A stretch of 38,732 nt of DNA, taken from positions 1-38,732 of the forward strand of contig JBJTIJ010000336.1 of the NCBI GenBank assembly GCA_046094945.1, in the 5' to 3' direction. The stretch is from Planctomycetia bacterium. Lineage in GTDB: Bacteria; Planctomycetota; PLA2; JAEUHO01. Both the position numbers and the translations under genes were made by a program. Of the stretch, positions 8,526 through 18,151 are shown piece by piece. Under the pieces are notes generated by a model, which made no database searches, had not been told where the DNA came from, and was given only the letters and a program-made list of their open reading frames with translations. Every line of letters starts with the position of its first letter. Position 1 is the first letter of the stretch.

Positions 8526-11500
8526 CGCTTGGGGCCGCCACCGCCGCCGCCGCCGGTGGTGCCCTTGGGCAGGATGGTGAAGGCCTCGCTGGTGGCGCTG
8601 GCCGAGGGCTGCTGGACGCTGGTGATGCGGATGCGGGCCGTGGTGGTGTTGGCGGCCTTCACCTTCCACGCCTGCGCGCCGTCGTTGGCCGTGCCGCTGG
8701 CCAGGGCGAGCCAGGTCAGGCCGTTGTCCAGCGAGTAGTGCAGGTTGACGGTGCCGCTGCCCGGCTGCGAGCAGGTCCAGGCGATGGTGCGCGACTCGCC
8801 CTCGGTCCACGTCACGCCCGCCGCGGGGCTGGAGAGCACGAAGGAGAGCGCCTCGGCGCCCGTGCCGCCCAGCGCGCGCGTGAGGCCAGCCACCCCGCTG
8901 GCGCCGGAGGGGAACAGCACGCTGCCGCTGGCGCTGCCCGCCACGCTGGGGGCGAAGCGCACCGTGACGGTGGCCGACTGGCCGGCGCCCAGCACGTAGC
9001 CGGCGGCGCCCACGAGGCTGAAGCCGGTGCCGCTGGCACTGGCGGTGCCCTGCAGCGTGCCGCCGCCGGTGTTGCTGACGGTGAAGGCGAGGTCCTTGCT
9101 GCTGCCCAGCAGGACGGTGCCGAAGGCCAGCGAGCTGGGGCTCACGGCCAGCACGGGCGGGTTGGTGCCCACGCCGCTGAAGGCCAGCGCCTGGCTGCCC
9201 GCGGGGCTGCTGAAGGTGACCGTGCCGGCGTAGGGCTGCTCGAGCGTGGGGCTGAAGCGCACCGTGATGGACTGCGACTGCCCGGCGGCGAGGCTCCAGG
9301 AGGTGCTGCCCACGAGGCTGAAGCCGGCGCCGGAGGCGCTGGCCTGCCCGGTGAGCGTGCTGCCGCCGGCGTTGCGCACCGTGCACACGAGGTCGCGCGT
9401 GGTGCTGATGCGCACGTCGCCGAAGGAGGTGCTGGCGGCCGTCACCTCCAGCAGCGGCGGCAGGCTGCCGGTGCCCGACACCGGGCGCGTGGCCGTTCCG
9501 GCGTTGCTGGCGAAGGTGACGGTGGACGAGCTGGCCACGGCGCTGGTGGGCGCGTAGCGCACGGTGATCGTCTTGGACTGCCCGGCGTAGAGCGACCACG
9601 AGGCATCGCCCAGCAGGCTGAAGGGCTGGCCGGCGGGCAGCGAGGCCGAGCCGCTGAGCACCTGGCCGCCGCTGTTGCTCACGGTGAAGGAGAGGTCGCG
9701 CGTCGTGCCCACCTCCAGCGTGCCGAAGGCCAGCGTGCTGCTGGGGGAGATGGCCATGCCCGGCGTGGGCTCGGCGCTGGTGTCGATGCTCCAGCGCAGG
9801 GCCTGGCCCGCGCCGAGGCTGGGCGTGTTGCAGCTGTGCTGGGCCAGCATCGTGCTGCTCACCTGCACGCCGGCCGTGGCCGAGGCGCCCAGGTCGCTGG
9901 CGGCGGCCGCGCCGCCGAAGGTGGCGTCGGCGTACTGCGCCAGCACGTCGCTGGAGCCCTCGGGGAACACCAGCTGGAAGCGCACCGTGGCCAGCGCGTC
10001 GCCGTTGGCCACGTAGTGCCGCACGTCGCGCCACTCCACCACCAGCTCGCGCGCAGGCGCCGTGCCCAGCACGCCCCAGAACACGTTCTGGGCCGTGCCC
10101 GGCACGCAGTAGAGGTCGTCCCAGAAGGGCGCCACCAGCGTGCCCGCGGCGCTGGCCGTGCTGGAGCCCAGCGGCGCGTTGTTCCACTCGATGAAGGGCG
10201 CGCTGAAGCCCAGCGTGCCGTTGCTCGACACGTAGGCCGTGCTGAACGAGCCGCCTGCGTAGCGCACGGGGAAGGGCAGCGCCAGCGTGGCGCTGCTGTC
10301 GTCGGAGAGGTCCAGGCTGGTGCCGGCCAGCGTGCGCCAGGCATAGGTGGCCGGGCTGCTGCGGTAGGCCGAGAGCACCATCACGTCGACGCTGTCGCCG
10401 CCGGGGAAGTCCAGCGTCCAGGTGCCGGTGCCCGGCGGCGTGAAGGAGGCCGTGTACAGGCCCTCGTCGGGGCTGGCGGCCTGCAGCACGATCGACTGGC
10501 CGGTCTGGCGCACGCTGGCGGTCACCGGGCCCAGCGCGCCGTCGGGCCCGAGGTGCAGGGCCGCCAGCGGCACGGCCTGCCCGGCCGCCACCGCCACGCT
10601 GGCCCCGGCGGGCTTGGTGCGCGCGACGATCTCGGCGCCCGTGCCGGTGAGCGCCCGCCAGGCGTTGATGCGCCGGCGCGAGAGCGTGGCCGTGCCCATG
10701 GCCGGCGTCGCGTCGCCGCAGGCCATGATGCGGCTCTTGAGCGCCAGCCAGCCCAGCGTGGGGCTGTACGACTTGAGCAGGGCGGCAAGGCCGGCCACGT
10801 GCGGCGTGGCCATCGAGGTGCCGCTGTAGCTGGCGTAGGTGGCGCCCGGCGTGGTGCTCAGGATGCTCTCGCCCGGCGCGCCCACGTGCACGCTGCAGCG
10901 GCCGTAGGAGGAGAAGCCGGCCTTGGCGTCGGTGTGCGTGGTGGCGGCCACCGCCAGCAGGTTGGCGGCGTCGTAGCTGGCCGGGTAGAAGCCGCCCGCG
11001 TCGTTGTCGCTGCTGGAGTTGCCCGCCGCGCAGACGAACAGGATGCCCTCGGCCTTGTGCGCCAGGATCGTGTCGAGCAGGGCCTGCGAGACGCCGCCGC
11101 CGCCCCACGAGTTGCTGGTGGCCACCACCGGCACGCCGCGGCGCTTCTGCGCCAGCACGTACTGCATGCACGAGATGGCGCCCGAGATGCTCCCCGAGCC
11201 GTCGGCCCCGAGGAACTTCATGGCCATCATCTTCACCGACCAGCACACGCCGGCCACGCCCACCCCGTTGCCGCCCGCGGCGCCGATGGTGCCGGCACAG
11301 TGCGTGCCGTGCGAGTCGTCGTCGAAGGGGTCGCTGTCGCTGTTGGCGAAGTCGTAGCCGCGCACGTCGTCCACGTAGCCGTTGCCGTCGTCGTCCAGGC
11401 CGTTGCCGGGCACCTCGCCGCTGTTGGCCCACATGTTGGCCGCCAGGTCGGGGTGGCCGTAGTCGATGCCGGTGTCGATCACCGCGACCACGACGCTGCC

Positions 11501-12001
11501 GTCGCTGCGGCCGCGCGAGAGGTCCCAGGCCAGCGTGGCGTCGATGTCGGCGCCCGCCGTGCCGCCGGTCTGCCCGCTGTTGCGCAGGCCCCAGAGCTGG
11601 CCGAAGGACGGGTCGTTGGGCACCGTCTCGCAGGTGCGCAGCACCCAGTTGGGCTCGGCGTAGGCCACGGCGGGGTGCCGGCGGTAGGCCTCCAGCGCAG
11701 CCTTGGCGTCCACCCCCGGCTCGAGGCGCACGTGCTCGAGTCCCGCCACGATGTCGTAGGCCTGCGCCACGGAGGCACGCGCGTCGGCATGGGCGGCCGC
11801 CCGGGCCAGGCCCGTGGCGCCGGCCGCGAAGCGCACCAGCAGCTCGCCCGGCACGCAGGCCGCGGAGCCCGGCGCGCGGCCCCTCCCGGGGCCGTCAGCG
11901 GCCGGCGGGGCGGCCTGCACGGGCTGCGGCGAGGAGGCCAGCGGGAGCAGCAGCAGCAGCGCTGCGCCCAGCAGGGCGCGCACCGGGAGTCGCCGGGTCA
12001 T
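8522..12001 (-). CDS. secreted subtilisin-like (S8) serine protease with large multi-domain C-terminal extension
   Basis: Track ORF of 1159 aa. It has a signal peptide (MTRRLPVRALLGAALLLLLPLASS) and an I9-like propeptide (ELLVRFAAG...). The catalytic triad blocks are VAVIDTGIDYGHPDL, HGTHCAGTIGA and SGTSMATPHVAGLAA. A beta-rich middle domain follows, then three ~95-aa Ig-like repeats and a terminal beta-sandwich-like domain. The protein ends in GGGGGGGPKR. Confidence 0.9.
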   Translation of the reverse strand: MTRRLPVRALLGAALLLLLPLASSPQPVQAAPPAADGPGRGRAPGSAACVPGELLVRFAAGATGLARAAAHADARASVAQAYDIVAGLEHVRLEPGVDAKAALEAYRRHPAVAYAEPNWVLRTCETVPNDPSFGQLWGLRNSGQTGGTAGADIDATLAWDLSRGRSDGSVVVAVIDTGIDYGHPDLAANMWANSGEVPGNGLDDDGNGYVDDVRGYDFANSDSDPFDDDSHGTHCAGTIGAAGGNGVGVAGVCWSVKMMAMKFLGADGSGSISGAISCMQYVLAQKRRGVPVVATSNSWGGGGVSQALLDTILAHKAEGILFVCAAGNSSSDNDAGGFYPASYDAANLLAVAATTHTDAKAGFSSYGRCSVHVGAPGESILSTTPGATYASYSGTSMATPHVAGLAALLKSYSPTLGWLALKSRIMACGDATPAMGTATLSRRRINAWRALTGTGAEIVARTKPAGASVAVAAGQAVPLAALHLGPDGALGPVTASVRQTGQSIVLQAASPDEGLYTASFTPPGTGTWTLDFPGGDSVDVMVLSAYRSSPATYAWRTLAGTSLDLSDDSSATLALPFPVRYAGGSFSTAYVSSNGTLGFSAPFIEWNNAPLGSSTASAAGTLVAPFWDDLYCVPGTAQNVFWGVLGTAPARELVVEWRDVRHYVANGDALATVRFQLVFPEGSSDVLAQYADATFGGAAAASDLGASATAGVQVSSTMLAQHSCNTPSLGAGQALRWSIDTSAEPTPGMAISPSSTLAFGTLEVGTTRDLSFTVSNSGGQVLSGSASLPAGQPFSLLGDASWSLYAGQSKTITVRYAPTSAVASSSTVTFASNAGTATRPVSGTGSLPPLLEVTAASTSFGDVRISTTRDLVCTVRNAGGSTLTGQASASGAGFSLVGSTSWSLAAGQSQSITVRFSPTLEQPYAGTVTFSSPAGSQALAFSGVGTNPPVLAVSPSSLAFGTVLLGSSKDLAFTVSNTGGGTLQGTASASGTGFSLVGAAGYVLGAGQSATVTVRFAPSVAGSASGSVLFPSGASGVAGLTRALGGTGAEALSFVLSSPAAGVTWTEGESRTIAWTCSQPGSGTVNLHYSLDNGLTWLALASGTANDGAQAWKVKAANTTTARIRITSVQQPSASATSEAFTILPKGTTGGGGGGGPKR

Positions 12002-12196
12002 GCAGGCACCTCACGGCAGGGACCTGCTGGCCGTCCCGTGCGGGAGCGGGCCGTGCGTGCCTGCGCGGGAGCCGTGGCCCGCGCGGGCACGGGAGCGCCC
12101 CCAGCCGGGGGCCTCCCAACCACGGCGCGGACTCTAGCAGCCGCGGCCCGCGGGGACGAGGGCAAGGCGCGGCGCGCTCGCGCCTAGGATCGGGGC

Positions 12197-13885
12197 ATGG
12201 CCCGCGCCCGATCCCGCCCGACTGCGCGTGCCGCGCCCGCCGGCGCCGGGCCCTGCCGCCAGCTGGTGCTGGTGCTGGGCGACCAGCTCGACGAGCGCTC
12301 GGCCGCCCTCGACGGGCTCGACCCGCGCACCGACCGCGTGTGGATGGCCGAGGTGGCGGGCGAGTCCACGCACGTGTGGTCGGGCAAGGCGCGCATCGCG
12401 CTGTTCCTCTCCGCCATGCGTCACTTCCGCGACACGCTGCGCGCGCGCGGCCTGCCGGTGGAGTACGTGGACCTCGAGGAGGAGGGCAACACCCAGTCGC
12501 TGGCCGGCGAGCTGGCGCGTGCGCTGCAGCGCCTGCGGCCCGGGCGCGTGGTGGTGGTGGAGCCGGGCGAGTGGCGCGTGGCGCAAGACCTCGCACGCGT
12601 GGCCGCCGAGGCCGGCGTGCCGCTGGAGGTGCGCACCGACCGGCACTTCTACGCCACGGTGGACGAGTTCCGCGAGCACGCCGAGGGCCGCAGGCAGGTG
12701 CGGCAGGAGTGGTGGTACCGCGAGCTCAGGCGCAAGCATGGCGTGCTGCTGGATGCTGCCGGCGGCCCCGAGGGCGGCGAGTGGAACTACGACGCGGACA
12801 ACCGCGCCTCGTTCGGCAAGGCGGGCCCGCCGCTGCATGCCCCGCCGCGCGCCTTCCCGCCCGACGCGCTCACGCGCGAGGTGCTGGCGCTGGTGGGGCG
12901 GCGCTTCGCGGGCCACCCGGGCGCGCTGGAGGCCTTCGACTGGCCCGTGACGCGCGCGCAGGCGCTGCAGGCGCTGGAGGACTTCGTGCGCCACCGGCTG
13001 CCGTGGTTCGGCGAGTGGCAGGACGCCATGTGGGCTGGCGAGCCCTGGCTGTTCCACTCGCGGCTCTCGGCCGCGCTCAACCTCAAGCTGCTGGACCCGC
13101 GCGAGGTGGTGGGGGCGGCCGAGGCGGCCTGGCGCGCGGGGCGCGTGCCGCTGGCCTCGGCCGAGGGCTTCATCCGGCAGGTGCTGGGCTGGCGCGAGTA
13201 CGTGCGCGGCATCTACTGGACGCAGATGCCCAGCTACCTCGAGCGCAACGCGCTGGGCGCCGGCGAGCCGCTGCCGGCGTGGTTCTGGACCGGCGACACG
13301 CCCATGCGCTGCCTGCAGGACGCGCTGGGGCAGACGCTGCGGCTGGGCTACGCGCACCACATCCAGCGCCTGATGGTGACGGGCCTCTACACGCTGCTGC
13401 TGGGCGTGGCGCCCAAGCAGGTGCACGCGTGGTACCTCGCCGTGTACGTGGACGCGGTGGAGTGGGTGGAGCTGCCCAACGTGCTGGGCATGAGCCAGCA
13501 CGCCGACGGCGGCCTGATGGCCTCCAAGCCCTACGTGGCCACGGGCAAGTACATCGAGCGCATGGGCAACCACTGTGCGTCGTGCCCCTACGACCCGGCC
13601 AAGGCCACCGGCGCGGACGCCTGCCCCTTCACCACGCTCTACTGGGACTTCCTGCTGCGCCACGAGGCGCGCCTGGCGCGCAACCCGCGCATGGGGCTGC
13701 AGGTGAAGAACCTCGCGCGGCTCGCGCCCGCCGAGCGCAAGGCCATCGCGGCCGCGGCGCAGGCGCACCGGGCCGCCATGGCCGCGCCGGCGGCCAAGGC
13801 CGGGCTGGCAGGCAAGGCAGCGCCCGCAGCGGAGGCCGCGCCGCAGGCCCGGGCTCGCCGCCCGCGCGGCGGGCCGCGGCCCTAG
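12197..13885 (+). CDS. cryptochrome/photolyase family protein of the FeS-BCP type ((6-4) photolyase PhrB/CryB-like)
   Basis: Track ORF of 562 aa. LVLVLGDQLD...RVWMAEV..ESTHVWSGKARIALFLSAMRHF is the N-terminal pattern of this subfamily. The C-terminal Cys pattern MRC...NHCASCPYDP..x12..ACPFTTLYWDFL fits the 4Fe-4S ligands. It has an Ala-rich tail. Confidence 0.85.
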   Translation: MARARSRPTARAAPAGAGPCRQLVLVLGDQLDERSAALDGLDPRTDRVWMAEVAGESTHVWSGKARIALFLSAMRHFRDTLRARGLPVEYVDLEEEGNTQSLAGELARALQRLRPGRVVVVEPGEWRVAQDLARVAAEAGVPLEVRTDRHFYATVDEFREHAEGRRQVRQEWWYRELRRKHGVLLDAAGGPEGGEWNYDADNRASFGKAGPPLHAPPRAFPPDALTREVLALVGRRFAGHPGALEAFDWPVTRAQALQALEDFVRHRLPWFGEWQDAMWAGEPWLFHSRLSAALNLKLLDPREVVGAAEAAWRAGRVPLASAEGFIRQVLGWREYVRGIYWTQMPSYLERNALGAGEPLPAWFWTGDTPMRCLQDALGQTLRLGYAHHIQRLMVTGLYTLLLGVAPKQVHAWYLAVYVDAVEWVELPNVLGMSQHADGGLMASKPYVATGKYIERMGNHCASCPYDPAKATGADACPFTTLYWDFLLRHEARLARNPRMGLQVKNLARLAPAERKAIAAAAQAHRAAMAAPAAKAGLAGKAAPAAEAAPQARARRPRGGPRP

Positions 13886-14640
13886 CTGACCGGCCCGGGC
13901 GCGCGCACGAGCACGTGCTCGAGGTCGAGGCGCTCGCGCACCGCGCGCGCGATCGCCAGCGCGCCCGGCGTGTCGCCGTGCAGGCACAGCGTGTCGGCCC
14001 GCACGCTGAGCTCGACGCCCTCCACGCGCAGGCGCCCGTGGGCCAGCTCCACGGCCTGCGCCGCGGCCTGCTCGGGGTCGGTGAGCAGGGCGTCGGGCTG
14101 CGTGCGCGGCACGAGGCGGCCGTCCTGCGCGTAGCGCCGGTCGGCGAAGGCCTCGGCCGCCACGGAGAGGCCCATCGAGCGCCACAGCGCCAGCGCGGGG
14201 CTGCCGGCCTGGCCCACCAGCACCAGCCGCGGGCTCACGCCCTGCACGGCGCGCGCCAGCGCCAGCGCCACCTCGGGCGAGCGTGCGCTGTCGTGGTAGA
14301 GGGCGCCGTGCGGCTTGACGTGCGCGAGCCACGTGCCCTCGGCCCGCGCGCAGGCCGCCAGCGCCTGCAGCTGCTCGAAGACCTCGGCCTCCAGCTGGCT
14401 GGGCCCCAGCGCCATGGGCCGGCGCCCGAAGCCCGCACGGTCGGGGTAGGAGGGATGTGCGCCCAGTGCCACGCCACGCTCCAGGCACAGGCGGGCCAGC
14501 GTGCGCATCGAGCCCTCGTCGCCGGCGTGCCCGCCGCAGGCCACGTTGGCGCTGCTCACCCAGGCCAGCAGCGCGGCGTCCAGCGCGCGCGAGGCGGGGT
14601 CCTCGCCCAGGTCGCAGTTCAGGTCCAGCGCCGCGATCAC
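13882..14640 (-). CDS. pxpA: 5-oxoprolinase subunit A (LamB/YcsF family)
   Basis: GTG 14640 inside track ORF 13882..15597. VIAALDLNCDLGE...ANVACGGHAGD...GAHPSYPD...HVKPHGALY are family motifs. There is a 4-bp GTGA overlap with the pxpC stop. Confidence 0.88.
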   Translation of the reverse strand: MIAALDLNCDLGEDPASRALDAALLAWVSSANVACGGHAGDEGSMRTLARLCLERGVALGAHPSYPDRAGFGRRPMALGPSQLEAEVFEQLQALAACARAEGTWLAHVKPHGALYHDSARSPEVALALARAVQGVSPRLVLVGQAGSPALALWRSMGLSVAAEAFADRRYAQDGRLVPRTQPDALLTDPEQAAAQAVELAHGRLRVEGVELSVRADTLCLHGDTPGALAIARAVRERLDLEHVLVRAPGPVS

Positions 14641-15629
14641 GGGGCCGCTCCTGCGCGCGCGCCGGCGTCCGCGCCCGCCACGGGAGCCAGCAGGGCGTCG
14701 AGCCGCGCGGCGCGCGCCTCGCTGGCCGCGCGCGCCTGCTGCGGCGTGATGCGCACCAGCCGCACCTGCTCGCCGGGGCGCCACTGTGCGGCGCGCGGCA
14801 GGTCCACGGCGGCCAGGCAGGCCAGCATGGGGTAGCCGCCCGTGGGCGGCGCGTCGCACAGCAGCACGATGGCCTCGCCGGCGCGCGGTACCTGCACCGC
14901 GCCCACGGGCATGCCCTCGGTGGGCAGGCGGCCGTCGCCGGGCGGGGCCACGTCGGGCCCACGCATGCGCACGCCCATGCGGTTGCCCTGCGAGCCCACG
15001 CGCCAGGCCCCGGCCCAGAAGCGCTCGCGCGCCGCCGGCTCGAAGAGCGCGGCGTGCGCGCCGTCGGTGGCGTGCACGTGCGGCGCGAGCAGCCAGGCCA
15101 GCAGCTCGGCCTGTGCCGGGGCCGCCAGCGCCGGGCCCGGCCTGCCCCCGGGCGGCGCGGACAGCTCGAGGCGCGCACCGGCGGCCAGCGCGTGCCCGCC
15201 CAGCCCGCTGGGCAGGTGGGCACTGCGGCTGCCGAGCACGGCCGGCGCGCGGATGCCGCCGGCCACGGAGAGGCAGGCGCGTGCGCCCACGCGCGCCGGG
15301 CCCACCTCGAGCTCGCTGCCGTGGGGCAGGTCGTGCGCGGCAAGGGGTTCCAGCAGGCGCGGCGCCGCACCCTGCACGTGCAGCCGTGCCTCCATCGGCG
15401 CGCCGGCCAGCGCCACGCGCGCGCCCTGCTCGATGCGGTAGCGGCCGCCCGTGAGCGTGAGCTCGAGCGCGGCGGCGCCGTCGGGGTTGCCCACCAGCCG
15501 GTTGGCCACGCGCAGGGAGAGCGTGTCGGCCGCGCCGGCGCGCGCCACGCCCAGCGCGGCCAGGCCGGGCCGGCCGAGGTCCTGCACGCTGGTGCACAGG
15601 CCGGGCTCGAGCACGAGCAGCGTGGCCAT
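14637..15629 (-). CDS. pxpC: 5-oxoprolinase subunit C (allophanate hydrolase subunit 2 / KipA family)
   Basis: ATG 15629 inside track ORF 14637..15887. MATLLVLEPGLCTSVQDLGRPG...GNRMGVRMRG...PTGGYPMLA is the typical pattern. Confidence 0.88.
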   Translation of the reverse strand: MATLLVLEPGLCTSVQDLGRPGLAALGVARAGAADTLSLRVANRLVGNPDGAAALELTLTGGRYRIEQGARVALAGAPMEARLHVQGAAPRLLEPLAAHDLPHGSELEVGPARVGARACLSVAGGIRAPAVLGSRSAHLPSGLGGHALAAGARLELSAPPGGRPGPALAAPAQAELLAWLLAPHVHATDGAHAALFEPAARERFWAGAWRVGSQGNRMGVRMRGPDVAPPGDGRLPTEGMPVGAVQVPRAGEAIVLLCDAPPTGGYPMLACLAAVDLPRAAQWRPGEQVRLVRITPQQARAASEARAARLDALLAPVAGADAGARAGAAP

Positions 15630-15630
15630 C

Positions 15631-16353
15631 TCAGCAGGCCCTCGCACCGGCGGCACGGTCCAGCGCGGCCAGCGGCGCGTGCGGGCCGGCCTCCAGGCGC
15701 AGGTGGTCGCCGGGCGCCAGCAGCGCTGGCGGCACGTGCTGCGCATCGAAGAGGCGCGTGGCCGTGCGGCCCAGCAGGCGCCAGCCGCCGGGCGTGGGTG
15801 CCGGGTAGATGCCCGCCTGCGCGCCCGCCACGGCCACGCTGCCAGCCGGCACGCGTGCGCGGGGCGAGGGCAGGCGCGGCACGCCAAGGCGCGGGTCCAG
15901 CCCGTGCAGGTAGGGGAAGCCGGGCGCGAAGCCCAGCAGCTGCACGCGGTAGGTGGGCGCCAGCAGGCGGGCCGTCACCTCGCCCGGCGGCAGGCCGCAG
16001 GCCGCGGCCACGCTGTCCCGGTCGGGCGCGCAGGCCGGGCAGGTGCACACCGCCAGCACCACCGTGCGCGAGGCTCGCGGCAGCGCCGCGGCGTGAAGGC
16101 CCTCGGCCAGCACGTCGGCCACGCGGGCCTCCAGCTGCTCGAGGCCCGCGCCGGCCTCGTCGAGCACGACCAGCAGGCTGTCCCACGCCGGCACGAGGTC
16201 CTGCACGCCGGGCAGCTGCGCGGCGGCCAGCGCGCTGCGCAGCGCGTGCACGCGCTCGCCGCGCTCCTCGGCCTGCGCGCCGGCCACCTGCACGCGCAGG
16301 GCGTGGCCGCCCACCCAGGCGAGCGTCAGGCCGTCGGGCAGGGGCGCAGGCAC
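15631..16353 (-). CDS. pxpB: 5-oxoprolinase subunit B (allophanate hydrolase subunit 1 / KipI family)
   Basis: Track ORF with a GTG start. YRVQLLGFAPGFPYLHGLDPRL..PRLPSPRARVPAGSVAVAGAQAGIYP..TPGGWRLLGRT is the typical pattern. It ends 1 nt before the pxpC start. Confidence 0.88.
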   Translation of the reverse strand: MPAPLPDGLTLAWVGGHALRVQVAGAQAEERGERVHALRSALAAAQLPGVQDLVPAWDSLLVVLDEAGAGLEQLEARVADVLAEGLHAAALPRASRTVVLAVCTCPACAPDRDSVAAACGLPPGEVTARLLAPTYRVQLLGFAPGFPYLHGLDPRLGVPRLPSPRARVPAGSVAVAGAQAGIYPAPTPGGWRLLGRTATRLFDAQHVPPALLAPGDHLRLEAGPHAPLAALDRAAGARAC

Positions 16354-16380
16354 GCGCGCAATCCTACGCCGGTCGCTGCC

Positions 16381-17349
16381 TCAGGACATCAGCACGACGG
16401 TGTAGCCGATCCAGCCCGCCGCCAGCAGCGCGCCTTCCAGCCGCGTGATGCGGCCGCGCCACGCGCTCAGGGACAGCAGCAGCACCGTGGCCAGCAGCAT
16501 GACGGGCGTGTCCAGCTGCAGCACCTGCGGCGCCACGCGCTGCGGCGTGATGGAGGCCGTGGCGCCCAGCACGCCGGCGATGTTGAACACGTTGCTGCCC
16601 ACCACGTTGCCCACGGCGATCTCGGAGCGGCCGCGCAGCGCGGCCACCAGCGAGGTGACCAGCTCGGGCATGCTGGTGCCGCCGGCCACGATGGTCAGGC
16701 CGATGGCGAGGTCGGAGACGCCCCACAGCTTGGCGATCCGCACTGCGTTGTCCACCAGCATGTCGGCGCCCCACACCAGCAGCGCCAGGCCCACGAGGAT
16801 GTAGGCGGCACTCTTGAGCGGGTGCGCCACGGCCTCGGGCGTGGCGCCCTTGAGGTCGGCCTCGGCCCGCGCCTCGATGGCCGGCTCCTTGGCCTGCTGG
16901 CGGCCGGCGCGGTAGGCGCGCACGACGTAGGCCACCAGGCCCAGCACCATCAGCACGCCCAGCCAGCGCGGCAGCAGCGATCCGGGGAAGAAGCATGCCA
17001 GCCAGGGCAGGCTGGCGGTCACCAGCAGGGGCAAGGCCTCGCCGCGCAGCAGGGCCATCGGCACCGGGATGGGCTGCACCACCGCCACGAGGCCCAGGAT
17101 GATGGCGATGTTGAAGATGTTGCTGCCGACCACGTTGCCCACGGCGATGTCGCCCGCGCCCTGCAGGCCGGCGGAGATGGAGGCGAACATCTCGGGCGAG
17201 GAGGTGCCGAAGCCCACGATGGTGAGCCCGATGACGAAGGGCGAGAGGCCCAGCCGGCGGGCCACGGCCGAGGCGCCACGCACGAGGGCCTCGGCCCCGA
17301 GCGAGAGCACGACCAGCGACAGCAGGATCCAGAGGGCGGGCTCGAGCAC
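16381..17349 (-). CDS. Ca2+/Na+ antiporter (CaCA family, YrbG-like)
   Basis: Track ORF of 322 aa. It has two alpha-repeats: GLTIVGFGTSSPEMF...GNVVGSNIFNI and GLTIVAGGTSMPELV...GNVVGSNVFNI. Confidence 0.88.
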   Translation of the reverse strand: MLEPALWILLSLVVLSLGAEALVRGASAVARRLGLSPFVIGLTIVGFGTSSPEMFASISAGLQGAGDIAVGNVVGSNIFNIAIILGLVAVVQPIPVPMALLRGEALPLLVTASLPWLACFFPGSLLPRWLGVLMVLGLVAYVVRAYRAGRQQAKEPAIEARAEADLKGATPEAVAHPLKSAAYILVGLALLVWGADMLVDNAVRIAKLWGVSDLAIGLTIVAGGTSMPELVTSLVAALRGRSEIAVGNVVGSNVFNIAGVLGATASITPQRVAPQVLQLDTPVMLLATVLLLSLSAWRGRITRLEGALLAAGWIGYTVVLMS

Positions 17350-17557
17350 GGGCAGGCCTCGTCGCCCGGCGTGCCCATCACGCCGGATGACGGGACGCTA
17401 GCGGGACACGGCCCCCGGCGCAGCGAAACCGGTGCTGCCGGCACGGGGGCGGGGCCCGGCGCAGGCCGCCTCGCGGCCCGGCCGCGGGGGTGGTGGCGCT
17501 GCCCGCCGGGTGGTAGTCTGCGCCTGCGCCCGCGTGGGGGCGCCCGGAGCAGGTGCC

Positions 17558-18004
17558 ATGGCCTCGACGCGCGGTCCCATCCTCGTCACCACCGACCTCT
17601 CGCCGCTGGGCGACGAGGCGCTGGCCCATGCCACCGAGCTGGCGCGGGCCCAGGGCCTGCCGCTGGTGCTGCTGAGCGTGGTCGAGGTGCCCAGCACGCC
17701 CAACGCGCTCTACGCGCACTACTACCCCACGCCCACGCCGGCGCAGCTGGCCGAGGCCCACAAGAAGCTCGAGGGCCAGCTGGGCGAGCGCGCCGCGCGC
17801 GCCAAGGCGGCGGGGGTGAAGGTGGAGGTGCAGGTGCGCGAGGGCGAGGCGGCGGCCGAGATCGCCAAGGCGGCCGGTGCTCTGTCGCCCTCGGTGCTCG
17901 TGATCTCCACGCACGGCCGCACGGGCCTCAAGCACTTCCTGCTGGGCAGCGTGGCCGAGCGTGTCCTGCGCGGCACGAAGTGCCCGGTGCTGCTGGTGCG
18001 CTGA
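17558..18004 (+). CDS. universal stress protein (UspA family)
   Basis: ATG 17558 inside track ORF 17432..18004. ILVTTDLSPLGDEAL...VLVISTHGRTGLKHFLLGSVAERVLRGTKCPVLLV is the Usp ATP-binding pattern. Confidence 0.85.
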   Translation: MASTRGPILVTTDLSPLGDEALAHATELARAQGLPLVLLSVVEVPSTPNALYAHYYPTPTPAQLAEAHKKLEGQLGERAARAKAAGVKVEVQVREGEAAAEIAKAAGALSPSVLVISTHGRTGLKHFLLGSVAERVLRGTKCPVLLVR

Positions 18005-18151
18005 GGCGACAGGCGCGGCGCGAGGCCGCGATGCCGCGAGGCGGGTGGCGCCGCGGCAAAAGGCCGCCAGCGGCCCGCGGGCGAGGCATCCTCTAGCCTG
18101 CCCCGGCGGCCGTCGTACGGCCCGGGCCGGCCGGCTGCGGAGGGATGGGCC

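Noticed and set aside
7983-12187. Very long track ORFs opposite or overlapping the S8 protease gene (7983..11432 minus, 1149 aa; 8156..12187 plus, 1343 aa).
   Set aside because: Their translations are dominated by Arg/Ala/Gly/Pro/His runs with no recognisable motifs. The 8522..12001 frame has a complete signal peptide, a subtilisin catalytic triad and repeated Ig-like domains. These are shadow ORFs expected in DNA this GC-rich.
17491-17519. Sigma70-like promoter for usp (TAGTCT -10 at 17514-17519).
   Set aside because: The best -35 at 17-nt spacing is TGGTGG, a poor match to TTGACA. This is not enough to report as a feature.
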